DNA from: Yuukianura sp. NJ FZ-2021
Lineage: Eukaryota
Direction of reading: 5' to 3'
DNA length: 64,000 nt
Assembly: GCA_046563655.1 (NCBI GenBank)
Contig: CM102284.1
Location: forward strand, 5,332,001-5,396,000
Under the pieces are notes generated by a model. It was not told the origin of the DNA. It saw nothing but the letters and a program-made list of their open reading frames with translations, and ran no database searches. The position numbers and the translations under genes are program-made. Positions 1-14,545 of the stretch are shown piece after piece. How positions within the stretch are numbered: the stretch's first letter is position 1; each line of letters starts with the position of its first letter.

Positions 1-3000
1 AGCCAATGGAACAAATTGTTCATCAAAATTTGATTCAAATGTTGCCCACTCCGTTTTCAAATTCAAATCAACCACTTCATCTAGCAAAACTGATTTCGCT
101 TCTTCATCTTCACCGTCTGAAAAATTGGCGTCCGTGATGTCATCCATTGTTGACAATCCATTTCCAGCAGCATCCACGTCTGCTTGAAGTGTTTTTTCGC
201 TTGACGAACCACGAGATGTAAGTGTCCTCGACCGTTGACCATCCTCTATTTCCTCTTCTTCCGGTGGAAGTGTTTCTTGGGAGTCACAAATACTAAATCC
301 ACTTGCAGCTTCTGATTCCAGTTCACGAAACACTGCGTACTTGTCATACTGTGTTTCAGTTTTAGTTTGAATCTCTTCCTTTTTATGAATTTGGCTCAGA
401 GGGGCTGGAGGCGGTGCACTTGTGAATACAGTTGCTGGAGCAGAAACTGTTGAAAAATCATCATTGTCTGCAAAATTTGACTCAAATGACATTGGCAGCG
501 TTTTTAGACTTCTGACAGGTTCGCGTTCTTTCACTTCATCTTTCTTCAGATTCATCATTGTCAATTTGATCGCCAATTCTTGAATTGTGTATGAACTGAG
601 GCGATCTACTGGCATTTCAAGCTTTCCAGCCAATTGACTTAGACTTAACGAGGCCACTTGATTTAGAGCAGCTTCCATTGTGAGTCCCGGTAAAGTATGC
701 TTTGTTGGCACAGTACTTGATGCAACTTTTGCATCCGTTTCATCAAATGAACTCCTGTTGCTTCCAAATCCACCAGTATGAGATGCTGACGGAGAGTCTT
801 CAACTGGATAAGCATATCTTGGTTGCTGCTGTCCACCGCTACTTCCGTTCTGTTGACTTCCTTTACGAAGAGGCAGAGGAAGTGGCAGGTCATTGAAATT
901 GCAAATTGCATCTCCAGTTGATCTTGTTTTGAGACTCTTGTCATAGTTTACTCTACCCAGCGTAGTTGACATGATGGGTCCAATTGTTTGTTTCTTTGGT
1001 GGAAGTGGAGGTGGTGGAAGAACAGGCTCAATCGAAGGTACAAATGGTCTTGGAGGTGGTTCTGGTGGCACCGTTGCCCCACCAATCACTGGCGGTTGAC
1101 TGGAAACGACAGTATTTAAATTTCGCTTGCCTTCTCCAGAATGTGGACGTGGAAGGGCGGTAGTGGACAATGTAAATGCTCTGTCCAACTTTATAGTACC
1201 TCCTAAAGGATTCAATAAAGTGTGGGGTGGACGTGGCGGCGGAGTAATATTTGGTATCTCATCGGTTCCACAAGTAGGAAGAGATTCCATCCTGTCCAAA
1301 CGCATTGATGACCTCGGAAGTGTTTTCGGACTTGGAGTTTGACCTGTGATAGGTACAACATGAGTGGAAGAAGCGATTGTCATGTTGCGAAGCAACTGTG
1401 GGGATTTTTTGGCCGAAGTATTTTTAGGTGGTGCTCTAACGAAGTAAACTGAAGGTGTGTCTGACGTCGTGCTACTGGTGGTAATCGGTGCAGGATTGTG
1501 CGGAAGCGGTGGAGGGCTGTAGTTTGGTGGTGTGTCACTTCCAGGAAGTTGAGCTCGTATTGACGAAGTGCGAAGGTGGGCATCCACTTTACTCGGTGGG
1601 GGGATCTTAGCTGAAGCTTCAAGGTCATTCAAATTAGTGGGATTAAAGTTGGTTGAAAATGAATTCGGAAGGGGAGATGAGGATGGTTCTGGTTGACTGG
1701 GCTTCAATGTGTTTTCTTGTGGTTGTGTCGTACTAGTTGTAATGACTCCGGAACTTTGTGAAAGCTCGCTAAGTGCTTTCTTCGGTGGATTTTTAAGATC
1801 TTGAAAGAAATCTTTTCGGTCCACAAAAGGTTTCACTCTGCCGGTTCCTAATGGATCTAATTCAGTAAATAAATCTCCAAGTCCGCTACTCGCATTTTTA
1901 CTTTCATCTCCACTTGTGGAAGCAAAGTTCTGAAATAAGAAACAAATGAAAATTAGTCTCGGTTTTTCTTAGTTAAAAACAAAACACTTACGTCGTCAAA
2001 AGCAGCCGTCCAACTTGACACACCTAAGTTATAAGATTCCGCTTTGTTCAAATTTGGAGAATGGGCAGTTAACTGTGTAGAGTTCATCGATGGCCGTCCA
2101 ATGTCAATACTTGCTTTTCCAGAAGACATGTCAGAGGAGTTACTTGTTATTGAAATTTGACGATTGATTCTACCACCTCCAGTGTCTGGAAAAGTAAAAG
2201 AGCAAGTACCGACTGGTGTTTCAAATGCAAATGGATCTGAGGTAAGAAATTCAGTGGATTCCAGCCCTCCAGCAAACTTTGTTCCAGCAAATGGATCTAC
2301 ATGTGCAAACGGATCCACTGGAAACGTCGATGGTGAAATAACGTTTTGTGGTCCAGTTATTTTGGTTGAATCAAACGGATCAAATGAATCTCCAAATGGA
2401 TCTGGACCTGGAGGAGCACTGATATTTCCACGCATCAATTGATTCACCGCACTTCCTCCAGAGTCTAGCGCTGTAGAAGTGAAACCACTGTTGTTGAAAT
2501 TGTACTTGTTGAAGGAGGTGGGGGCGGGGTTCATGGGGTCACTGGCAATGGAGGCCGTACTGCCACGGTTGAATGATGAATGAGACGTTGCAGTGTCAAT
2601 TAAAGTACTATGGATGTTGTCCAGTCCTTCTTGGAGACTTGTAAGCTCCACCTCCAAGTTCAGAAGATCCGTTTCCGCTGGAGCCGCTGCAGCACTAATT
2701 ATGGGCGAACCACCAATTGAACACGCTCCGTCAATATAAGTTTCAGCGATTCCAGACTTGTGTGAACTCTGTCATAAAAAAGTAAACCAACAATTAGAAC
2801 CAAAACTATAATTTTCGAATTTCTATTTTTAGAAAAGTACACTCCAGCACATTCTATAGTTTTTAACAGCTAAATACTCTGCGAATAGAGTGTAGAAGAA
2901 GAGCTGAAATCGCTGGAACAAACTAAAGCAATTAAACCTTTACTTCAAAACTGTCATCGTAGAGGTCAAATTCATTAAGTCCTAGCCCAAATTTCAAATA

Positions 3001-5415
3001 GTAGAGCATCATATTTTCGCAACATAAATATTTTTTAATTGTTTTGTCCTCGAAACAGCAAAAAATCGATCGAACAGACCGGAACTGAATCGATTTCTCA
3101 ATCATAAGCCTTCTAATAAACTGAATTATTGCGGCAGTACAAAAAATTCTCTAAAATATTTGGCAATTTCAAGGCAAAAAACGGAAAATTAAACATTTCA
3201 TTTAGGAAATGACCTTGGGCATGTACTGTCAATACTCCAGGATACTTTCACTTTTTAAGCAGAAAACAAAAACTTCAATAAGACTAAGCTAGGGATCCAA
3301 TTTCCTGATAATTCCCGGGGGAGAAATTGTCGCCGCGTTTTTGGTTTGTCAACCCCACCGTCGAACTTTCTCTAGCCCTCGTCAATTCATAATTTATAAG
3401 ATTCTGGTCCTCTTTAAATTTAATTAACAACACTAAGACAATGGAAATTGGAAAATGCCAAAGAACCAGGGACATCGTCAAATCAAATATTTAGTGCCAA
3501 AAAGTACTTACCCGATTGGCAGTTTCGGCAGCTCGTGTCGCCAAAAACTTTTGCTGCATCTCCAACTGTTGTTTGGCCTTTTCAATTTCCTTTTTCTTTA
3601 TATCAAAGACGACTTGAAATAGATCTCTCATGGACATGACAACTTGACTGGCCGATTTTTCAGTTTTGATTCCAAAGAAACGATGACCAGTATCAGGAGA
3701 TCCAAAAATGTAGCCAAAGGCCCTCGTGTCAGTCAAATCTTGTGCAATAAACGAAATTTTGTGAACTTGGTGATGGTAAAGGCAATCCTAAAAACAGAAA
3801 ATTGTAAAAGCGCATTTTTTACAACAATTTTCAAAAACTATCCATGTTTCATTTCATACCCCAGTCTTTTCATCTCTAATTCGCAGCCCGTCCAGCGCTA
3901 CATGGACGGTGACTTTTTGTTTGTGTTCTCCTGCGGCCTTGACTGCCATTTTCAGTTCTGACAGAGCCTCTTGACATATTCTGTCACCCCTGGGGCCACT
4001 GACTTCCAGAATCCCAATTAGTTTGGCCTTAAATGACAGTCCATCTCCAATGAAGCGTCCTGGATCTGCCTTATCTGGAACACAAAAACAACTAAATTTA
4101 AAAAAAAATACACAGGAAATAATAAATTGTCGAATTAATTTTTCTAGATTAAGCTACAACTCGCTTACAAGTTGACTTCAATGGACTTGCTTTTCTACGC
4201 AGCGTTTGAATTGGTAACATGACTGGGGGTTTTGTTGTGTTTTAGAACACCAAATTTTGTTTTGAAAAGTAGACAATTTCAACACAAACAATTTGTAGTC
4301 ACGGGACTATTTAGGAACACTGGAACTATGTAGGCTAGTCCCAGTCTAATGACTACGATAGTAGTTTTCTTTTTGTACAACCGAGCACGCAATAAGCTCA
4401 GAACTTCTAAAATTACAAAGCTGCTTTCATTTTTTGAAAAATTTTCCAGTATTGGCAAGATATTTCTTTCAATTCCAAACTGTGAATGAAGGAGAAAGCT
4501 AAGTCTGTTTGTTTTTTCTTGATCTGCAATAACCGTCGAGGAAGAGGAAGAAAGAAATGAAGAGAGAAAGGCTACTTTCACTGGACTGCAAAGTGGAAGT
4601 TATCGATCCGATACGGACATAAGGAAGACGGAAACAAAAGTTGGAGAGATGTAGTACGCTGACGCAGATCAATAAAACTACCCGTGTTGCTCCGAGATTC
4701 CGAAAACTCCGAATCCGAAAGAAAATTCCTGTCATGCACTTTGTAATACTTTGTTTGACTTACCAAGATTTTCGGCAGCTCCATTTGTTGGGCCATTAGA
4801 GGATTTGTGACTTGCAGAGCCCTCACGAGGAACTGAACCGTTCAAACCAGCGGCGGCGGCAGCGGCTGCTGCTTCTGCTTTCTTTGCCTTGGATTTACTC
4901 ATGTGCTCACGCAGACTGAGACGAGAAGTATGACTTTTAGTTGAAGACAACGAAGAATCTGCAGATTTGTTCTTCTTGCTCTTGGATAACGTTTTAGATG
5001 AAGGCGACGGAGGTACAGAAGTTGACGTCGAAGGGGTTGTATCAGTCGGTAATGGAGGTAGAGGGATTTGAGGTGGAAGTGATTGCTGGGAACTGTTGTC
5101 GCCAGCAGTCGAACTGATATTGGTGGCTGAAGTTTCACACTCTCCCGGGTCGGCAGTAGCAGGATCAGCCAAATTATTGAGAGCAGTTTCATTCTTCTTG
5201 TCACTTCCACCGTGCTTCCGCAGACGTAGAGTTCGCATTCCACTTCCCAAGTTTTTCATCCAGGACTTCCGTTTAGGATTTTCAGTGGCTTCCACGGCCG
5301 TTTCAACAGGCATCGTCGTCGACGAGACGGTGGTGCCATTTTGTGGAAGACTTTCAGCGCCGACGGCTGCCACGTCGTTTGATACAGATTTAATTTCTTC
5401 AGACTTCATTTTCAT
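1..5415 (-). CDS. Dab: Disabled (Dab) PTB-domain endocytic adaptor; 3' end runs off the window
   Basis: Exons 4074-3860 and 3787-3512 translate to a Dab PTB domain (KADPGRFIGDGLSFKAKLIGILEV...DLTDTRAFGYIFGSPDTGHRFFGIKTEK). Exon 2768-1992 has several DPF motifs. Exon 1929-<1 has LFTELDPLGTGRVKPFVDRKDFFQDLKNPPKK and Pro-rich tracts. Two phase-1 first coding exons are possible: 5415-4764 or 4220-4169. Confidence 0.93.
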
Positions 5416-8303
5416 TGATATAAGATTGCTGAAACTGGTCAATTCACAAACAGAAACTGAGCAATCGGTTTGTCAATTAATAAGAATGTAATCGAAAATC
5501 GAATTCTTACCTTAAAATATTTTACACCTCGAAGGTTACGTTTTACGTTGACTAGAAGCGAAACTCGCTTGGTGATATCAATAAATTCACTAAAATAATT
5601 TCAATGATTCCGTGATCTCGACTTGATTACTGAAAATATTAGCAACGTTTGTAGGCAGTAATTCTCGTAAGAAAAAAAATGGTTGCAGGACCAGGCCAGG
5701 CACATTATCTACACAACGGAAATGAAACCAATTTAATGTCAAATCTGAGATTCAAAACAATTGTTTATTAATAGCTGTAGAATCATTTACCACCAGTCAA
5801 AGGACGAGCTCATCCAAGGGAACAAAGTTTAAGGTCACGCGATCCAATGTGCTTCACGCTTCTTGATGAACAACAATGTGTGAACCTTCAACATCCTTTA
5901 TCAATTGTCCACAAGGCCGGAAGTTAAATAAAGTCCCATTGTTGTGAGCACTGATTTCCGATTTTGGTCAGAATCTGATGATCCTCTCCTTCACTTCTGG
6001 TTGACAGTGATTACACAATTACACTTAGTCATCACTAAATTGTCACTGATAATCACAATTCACAAAACTGGTACGGTGGTACAGATTAGCTCGTTTTGTT
6101 CGGTCCTTTCCTTGTCAGTCATTCACTCGATTCACTGCATCAATTCACAACAACTGAAACTAAAGAAGTTCACAACACCGTTTCCTTACTATTGCAATCA
6201 TAAATATTAATTACGATGTGGTTATGTTATTTACTGATTATGTAGAATTACCACTTCCTATTTAATTTTGATCAGTCCAAAACGAAAGGGGAAGACGAGG
6301 TTTGTTCCCGTTGTTGTCCACTGGGCATGTGGGACCGTCTTCACTGACGTATATTACGTGACCAATATCCACTTCACTTTCTTGAAATGTGTCCAGTTGA
6401 CCTTGAATGGAAATTACTCAACTTCACTCTCGTTCCTTTGAATTCGATTTATGTACTTTTTTACTTACCGAGTCCATCCAAAAGCAGGTCAGTACAAAAA
6501 GTTCCCTCTCTTCTCCGTCCCAAAATACCGAAGTTGCGAAATTTTCCTAGATTCCAAAATTTGTATTCTCAACAGCAGAACTTTACCGGTGTTGTTGCTC
6601 GTCGTGTGAGTGTGATGCTAAAAGTGAATAGTAAGAAGTGAAGGTGTTAAGGACCACTTATCTTTTAGCTTTCGTTGCAATTTCGTTTTCAAAACCACAC
6701 AAAATCAATTAGCACTTATTTTTTCTTGCTGTCGATAAAGATAAGCATCCAAGTAACTTGCTATACCCCTGCGTGCACATGGGATTTTCGTACACAATTA
6801 AAAGTTTGACGTCGAACTCGGTGGACGGAAACACAAATTAATTCTGCCATTGTTTTTCACAGTTGACCGTTTTACATCACACGGGCGGATGTAGGTGTAC
6901 CGCAGATTCGAAAATACAAAAAATGCTAATGTTCACTAACTACCGTTACATAATTCGGTCCCACCGCAATAAGAGTGAATCGCCAACATGCGTGCTGATT
7001 CTTGAAATTCCAAATATTTTATGACGTTGGGACCGACAGTGTCAATGAACGAGTGAACTTAAACAGTTACTCCAATTTTACCACCACTTCTGAAAACCTT
7101 TGTCTAAAAATGGTTAAACACGATGACATGGTATGGTTGGTACTCAAAAATGTACTTTGGTCTTAGGCTAATACGCGACTTTATGGGCGTTGGGTACTTT
7201 TGCTAGTACGGTACAAAAAGCTGCTACAAGTTTTGACAACTTTCATTTTTGACAGGCAAAATAGTCTATTTTTACAATTTTTTCCACTTAGATGATTATT
7301 CGGACCCTCTTTCCCAGGAAAAATGTTTCGGACGCACCCATCCGTTCAACTTTGAAGATGGACAGGGCAGTCTGTCACTGTCTTAAGTTTACACGGTTCA
7401 TTGCTTTCCTTTTCTTCCAGAAAACCGGAAAGCATCGCCAGTCATTTGATCTATCAGTGTCAATGTTTAGTATAATTTCCTGATTGATCTCAATTTTCTA
7501 TTCTATTCAAGTCACGCTAAACTTCAATTTCCATAAACGGAGCACACAGCGAGAAAGATGCTAAATGGAATGGAACTTGTGCAGAACTTTTGGCTTTAGA
7601 GCCAATAAAAAGAACAGAAAGTAGTAAATGACGCCTAAACCTTAAAAGCAAAACACTTTGACTTTTTAGTTTTTAGATTGGCGAATAGTACTAGCACAAC
7701 GTGAATTTTAAGACGCAGAAAATGGCAAATCTGAAGTCTGAACTAGGTACTAAAAAGAGAACGGAATGAACTCATTTTAATAACCCAAAAGCAAATGACC
7801 TCATTCTGCATTGGAAAAACAGATTAATTTTATAGTTTTCAAGTAGTACACTGGTTCGTTTTAGTTTTAAGCAGTCTTAGAAATGGAAGAGAACTCACAT
7901 GTCATTTCAGTTTTTCAATGTCTAATTCCATTTTTACAAATTCCATAATTTTTAACTTTAAAACAACTTAGTCAATTTGTAAAGGTCAAACTATTATAGT
8001 GAATTCAACTAATATGCTAAACAATATTAACAATATTTACGACATAATAAAAATTGAAAACGGATATTCATAATCCTCCGCGTAAAGAATATTTCCCAGC
8101 ATCTTTCTCACTTCTTTTGAAGTTCAAAAGATAAGTAGTTGGTTAGGCTAGGTTTTTGTATGTTTGACCTTCTCACTTTTTGACCTTTTCACATTTTGGT
8201 CAAATTGTTTTCGACCATATTACATGGAACAATTGAAACCTACTGCAAGTGTCACTAAAGATTAATTAAATAAGATAATAGTCTGTGATGTTACGCAGAA
8301 GTC

Positions 8304-9308
8304 TTACGCTCGTCGTTTGATAGAGTATCGGCGCTTGATAAGCTGCGAAATTGTTACGCGAATTTTGGTAGTGTCGCCGGATTTCCTCACCCAAATTGTG
8401 TCCTGACTAATTGCACTAATTACAGCACTTGTCAGGGGCGTGTCTTTTCCTTCCAAGTAAATCTGCTGTCCTCTATGGAACCACCGCTTTTCGTAGAAAA
8501 GTTTCCCATCTTCAATTTTAATATCCGATGGTTGAACGGGTGAAGGAGATTTGGACTTGGAACGAGAGTTTGATGAAGAAGCTTCTGGTGAAGCCTTTTT
8601 GTTAGTAGCGTTGGCCTTTGCACTAAAGATGTACAGAATGTCATCCTCAACATCTTTTTCGTCAAGTAAGAATGTGATTTGAGATTGCGTTGCTTTTCTT
8701 CGTTTTTCGGGAGCTGAAACGACTGGCTCGTTTGGACGTCGCCGAAGTTTCCGAGTTGAGACGGTTTTTACTTCACTAGTGTCGTAATTGAGGTCTAAAC
8801 TGGACCGTTCGATTTCAATTTGTTTTCGTCGTTCCCGAAGTTCCGCTAACAAATTCTCTTTCAACTCGATCTTCTTGTCTTCAAATTCCCGCAAGGCGGC
8901 CTTCTTCTCTTTCATAAAGTCCTCGTCGATTCGATCACGTTCCAATTTTTCCCAAATTGTGTTTAGTTCCAGCCTGGCAGCGTGGATGTTCATTAGCTTC
9001 TCAGCTCCACGAACGTATTCTGGAAGTACACCGTCCTTCAACTGAGCCAGTTGAGCCTTCAGCATTGCCATCTTGTCGTGGTATATTTGTTCCTTGATCT
9101 CAGGCACTGGGGCCACCTTCCCACCACCGCGATCATCCGCTATTGGTGGAGCGTCGCGGTCATTTCCGTCTTCGCTAGCATCTTCAGTGTCTTCATCGCT
9201 AAGTCTGTAAGGCCTGTCTTTCGAATGTGACATGAGTTCAGCTAGCTCGTCATCGTAGTCGAGGGAATCGCTGTGGTTCCTATGCCGTGGGCTCGAATAT
9301 GCCATCAT
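8304..9308 (-). CDS. SUDS3: Sin3 histone deacetylase corepressor complex component SDS3 (Sds3/BRMS1 family)
   Basis: Single-exon 334-aa ORF with EDTEDASE, EIKEQIYHDKMAMLKAQL, EFEDKKIELKENL, TRKLRRRPNEP and C-terminal IEDGKLFYEKRWFHRGQ, all characteristic of SDS3. Confidence 0.92.
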   Translation of the reverse strand: MMAYSSPRHRNHSDSLDYDDELAELMSHSKDRPYRLSDEDTEDASEDGNDRDAPPIADDRGGGKVAPVPEIKEQIYHDKMAMLKAQLAQLKDGVLPEYVRGAEKLMNIHAARLELNTIWEKLERDRIDEDFMKEKKAALREFEDKKIELKENLLAELRERRKQIEIERSSLDLNYDTSEVKTVSTRKLRRRPNEPVVSAPEKRRKATQSQITFLLDEKDVEDDILYIFSAKANATNKKASPEASSSNSRSKSKSPSPVQPSDIKIEDGKLFYEKRWFHRGQQIYLEGKDTPLTSAVISAISQDTIWVRKSGDTTKIRVTISQLIKRRYSIKRRA

Positions 9309-10556
9309 TTATTTCTCGTCCCCGTCTGTGAACAAATTATTCATTTAAACTTTATTGTAAGTAAAGTAGCACCAATTAGTAGGTTGCAACAGAAAGCCAT
9401 CAATCAGAGCGCAACAAATTAATCCAACACTTACGTAATGTCTCTCCAAGAAAACAAAATTCAAGCTTCCGAGTTCCGACGCCTCTGTAACTAGGCAAGT
9501 ATGGCTCCTATCAGTTGCTTCTGTTATATATTGTTTTCCGTAGCTCAAATGGACCTGAAATTAACAAACAATACCCGTTGATGACTCCAGGTTCAGAGAG
9601 ACACGAAATTAATCGCAATTCGCAAGTACAAGTTCAGCGTAGTATCGCCATCGGATGGGGTCTATCCGATTAACCTATTATAAGTACGTTACGTTAACTT
9701 ATTCCATGCCAACAATGTTCTCAGCTGATTATTGCGTCACAGTCACCCGAAACAAAAGGACAATCAATCGATAAAGGTGCAACTGAAAAAATGATGTCAG
9801 ACTCTTTTTTTAGGGTACTTACGTTTAGTATAGGAATTTGGAGAATTTTTACCGTGTTCACCGTTCCGTTAGTTTGGATGATCGATGAAAATACCAGTAA
9901 CTATCTAAATTAAGGCTCGTCCACAACCAAAGGAAATCAACGTTAATTACGAAGCTGAGATTAATCAAGAGGAAAATCAGCTGATACACAGCACACAGAT
10001 GTCAAAGCCAAGCCAAGCTGCAAGTGAACAAAGCAACGGTTTAAAATTAGAAACCGCTACCGCTACTATTTTACGCAGGCGTGGACAATATTCCAACACT
10101 TTTGCTCTTGTGAGAAATGTTTATCTGCAAAGTGAAGTGTACCAGAAGTGGAAATACACTTTTATTCAGATCAGTGAAGTTTAAAGTTGTTTTAATTGCG
10201 AATGGGATAATCATATCAAATGAACCTTGAATTTGCAAAGTCATCTGGGAACGCAGAGTGGGTTTAAAACCAATACCGGCTTTCCCTTGCTTTGACAAGT
10301 CCAGCCATTCGTCATTTATTCAAACGGTTGGATTTTCTGAAAACTTGAAGGGAAATTGCGATCGGTCTCGGTAGGTCAATTTGTACCTTTCCAAAAATAA
10401 AAGGTCACGGTTCAGTATTTGTATTTGTTATCATCTTTCAACAGAACCGGTAGAGGATTCGAACGCTCCATCCAGCTGATAATACGTTTCGGACTTCGGA
10501 CTAGCCTAAGCTTAGAGTGTTCAGTCAGGATCTGATTTCCGGATCTTTGTATTATC

Positions 10557-13500
10557 ATGGAAACAAGATACAGGGGTACTGGACGAACTCAACCCTTCCT
10601 TCCGGTCGGTTCTTATGATGGTGAACCGATCTACAATGGAAGAAAGCAGAAGAGATCATCATATGACGAACCATTGTTTGCAGCTCGGTATTCTCCGTTG
10701 ATTCTCGTCGTGCTTCTGTGTTCTGTGTTTTGTTTTGTAAAATACGCCGAGAATCGTTTGCCAGTTATGATTACCGAATCCAGTGGAAGGAATTTACCGA
10801 ACAGGTAATGTCGTTTCGGGTGATTTGCAGTTATCCGACCAGATTTTGAAAACCTATCCTCTCAACACAGTCTCCTCTCCTCCGCTTCTTTTAGTTAGGT
10901 TAGGTTTTCAAAGTCATTTCTCATCCTCCTCCTCCACTTTTCAACTCTGGCCGGATAACTGCAAATCACCCGTCGTTTCTTTGATGTAACACTAATACAC
11001 GATTACTCTGGAACATCTTGTAATCTACTATTTGCCTTGTCATCTCAGTTTTATTGGTGAACGGGCTTGGAAAGATTTGGTAGCGCTGACTTCCTACGGT
11101 CCAAGAGTTTGCGGCAGTCCAGAGAATGATATCCGAACCGTCGAGACTATCCTTCACGCTCTCTATAAAATCCGTGACAGCAAGCTAGCAGTTTACAATT
11201 TGGAAATTGAAGTATGAGAGCTTTTAGCCGAAGGAATACATTGACATTAAGTCATACTTTCAGGTGAACTAATCAAAGTTTTTCGTTCCTTGTGGCAGGT
11301 AAAACGTCCTACTGGAGCATTTCACATTGAATTTCTGAACGATGTATCCACCAATTCCTATCAAAGTGTATGTATTTCGATTTTTTAGTCGTTTCAAAAA
11401 TCAATTGATGAATTATGTAATGGTTGAACTATTCATTCTGCTCCACAGATTCCGATTATTGTAGCGAAACTGGAACCAATCAACACCTATCTTCATTCGA
11501 ATGACTCTATCCTGCTCAATTGTCATTTCGATTCAGTGCCCGCTTCGCCAGGTACTATGTTTGGTTTGAGACGTAAAAAATTAATTCTAAAGGCTAGTGC
11601 TATGTTGTGCTGGTCAATATTCAACTTCACGTTTTGAATCTTTGTAGGTGCAAGTGATGATATGATTTCATGCACCGTAATGCTGGAGATTATGCGAGTT
11701 CTATCACACCAACCGAAACCGCTCCGCAACACAATCATCTTCCTTTTCAATGGTGCTGAAGAGAACTTTCTACCCGGTTCTCACGGCTTTGTTGCTGGAC
11801 ACTCTGATGATAAGCAAGGTGAAGTTGGACATCCCTGGAAAAATGAAATTCGTACCGTGATTAATCTGGAAGCGTGTGGAGCCGGTGGACGAGAAATTTT
11901 GTTTCAAACGGGCCCAGGTACTGAATACATCTTTGGACCGACGAAATCCTTATATGAGAAATTTTTGGTTTGCTTTAGGAAATGGGTGGTTGGTGGACGC
12001 CTACGCCAGTTCTGCCAAGTATCCCTTTGGAACAGCGATTGGAGAAGAAATTTTTCAAAGTGGCCTGATTCCCTCAGATACAGGTTGATTATTTTTAGGT
12101 AAATGTTTAGTGTTGTGAATTCGATATAACCACGATTTTTTTTTCATTGCAGACTTTCGAGTATTTCGTGACTTCCTCAAAGTGCCTGGTCTTGACTTTG
12201 CCTTCATCAAGAATGGATGGGTTTACCATACGAAATATGATTCAGTTGACTCAATTCCACAAGGATCAATTCAACACATGGGAGACAATATTCTTGCTCT
12301 TACGCAAACTCTGGGAAATCTGGACTTTCGAGAGGTCGAGATGAACAGCAAATCCAAAATGGTGTACACCGATTTATTTGGATTTTTCATGATTGCCTAT
12401 TCTGAACTTGCTGGAATTGTGCTTAACCTGGTGACGGCAGTTGTAACGATTTACCTGATTTGGGTTGACCGTAAGTAGTTACAAGTTGTTTATAATTTTT
12501 TGCCCATCGATAGACGAATTTTATAACCTTTTGGTTTTCAGTGGACAAAGATGTACTTCGCATGGTGACAAATGTTGGCGTAACAGTTTTAGCATGGACC
12601 GCTGGATTTCTTGCTGCTGCTGCCGTGGCTCTGTTGCTTTACTTGTTCAAGTACCCAATGCCTTTCTACTCTACACCAAGTTTGGTTTACTTGCTATTCG
12701 GAATTCCAGTTCTCATGGCCCAAGTGATTGTTTACACGACCTTGCTCAAAGGCTTGGAAGATCAAACTTGGATGGCAGCTAAAACGGCCTTGGCAGCTAT
12801 AACGTTAATTTTGACATTTTTCACACGATTGGCCTTTGTATTTACTATCAACATTGGATTTGGTGTTCTCGGCTGGATTGTGGCTCGTCGCACTTTTCGA
12901 GGTAAAGTTTAACAAAAATGCATCGAATCGGAGAAGCATGGAATGAAACAATTGAATTTCTTCATTTTCTAGATTCTCAACGTCGGATGCTGCTATACCT
13001 TTTGATTGGAGAGCTCCTTCCGCTTTCGATGTCGTTTTACTATTCCACAGTTGCCATTGACGTTTTCGTGCCTATCATGGGTCGATCTGGTGTCAACACC
13101 ATGCCGAATCTCATCCTTGCTCTGTACACTGCCTTCACGTTGTCACTTCCTGGATTGTCCGGAATTGTTCCAATTTTCGTGTTTTTCAAGAAGAGCTTCC
13201 TCCGTATGTCAACTATTATCTACGTTCTGGTGATTGCATTTGTTGTTTTTGGAGTGGGCCGGATTCCGTACACCGACAAGACACCGATGAGGCTCTATAT
13301 TGTGGTGAGTGGCATTGATATCCAGATTGCTGAAAGTTCCTGACTCTTGCAGTATAACGGTGATTTTTTAACCGTGTTTCAGGATGTGGATCGAAACGTT
13401 TTTGAAAAGGATCACTCAACTGTTATCAAACAGGAATCTGGTTTCTGGTTCTTCAATTTGGATCCAAATACTCCCAGTCTCTATCCAGTAATGCAAGAGA

Positions 13501-14172
13501 AGTTGCCCGAAATTGGAAAAATGGTGACAATTGACAATCAGAATTGCGAAGGTTTGTACTGCGGTCTTCCCCTGTTCTTCTCAATCACCAAACTTATCAG
13601 GTAACTTCTTTTAAACGTAAAGTGTCAATTAATTTTAGTTTGTAGTTAATTTTGATATTTAGATTCCTTACTCTGATTTTATGATTTGTTTTACAAGGTA
13701 TTCCCAATGGATTCCAAAGTCAATTGGACTTCCAGCTGAGATCAAAAGTCGGGTGAATATGGAGATAACGCAGGATCAGTTTCTGACACCCTCAAGACGT
13801 CGTATTACGTTTTCCTTCTCTGGTCCGGACCATATTACAATCGTCCTCAGTCCTGGTCCACAGTACGACATGGTCAAATGGTCCTTGACAGAAGATCTTC
13901 CACAACCAAAAACGTTTCACGAAGGGCGCCCAACGTATTTCATCAAACACGGAAGAGGAGTGCAGTTTGAACGATTCGAACTGACGTGTGACTTTGAGCG
14001 GAAGTCTTCCTCAGGGACAACTGGCCCGCTTGTTGACATCAACCTGTCATCGTTCTCAATTCATGGAGATGACATGCAAACGCCCAGTTTGAAAGAATTT
14101 GTAAGTCGGTTACCTTCATGGACAACTACATTGGCATTTAGCTCCGTCACAAACTTGTACCATGTTGAATAA
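10557..14172 (+). CDS. ERMP1: Endoplasmic reticulum metallopeptidase 1-like (peptidase M28, multi-pass membrane)
   Basis: Multi-exon gene with M28 motifs [48 protein letters not shown] and YHTKYD, followed by multiple hydrophobic segments and a C-terminal domain ending at stop 14172. Confidence 0.93.
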
Positions 14173-14545
14173 CTTACTTCAGTTTTCAAGCTTACCCCAA
14201 AGAGTTTAGTCTTTTAGTCATGTTAGGGCTAAAAATTGTTCATTATAAAATTAGTAATTGATGTAGAAAAATATTTGTGGCCTTAAAGGGGCCTGAAAAT
14301 TCCCTCCGTTGATTTAATTTAACATGACAGATTCTATTTAATTTAATTAACCATATAGGTTGTGAGATTTATTTCCGGTGCGTCCTTCTGTTCACAAACT
14401 AACCTATTTTACGTTTTTGATTGTTAATGCTTGGTTGAATCTGAGATTGTACAATGTACTGACAAATCCCACTGAAAAGTAGAAAATAAGAATATGTACC
14501 GTTGAACTGAAGGGGTCTGAAGGATACTGCATTCGAGGTCAATTT

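Noticed and set aside
8304..9308. Intronless SDS3 as a retrogene
   Set aside because: There is no poly-A remnant or TSD, and a plausible 5' UTR acceptor lies just upstream of the ATG.
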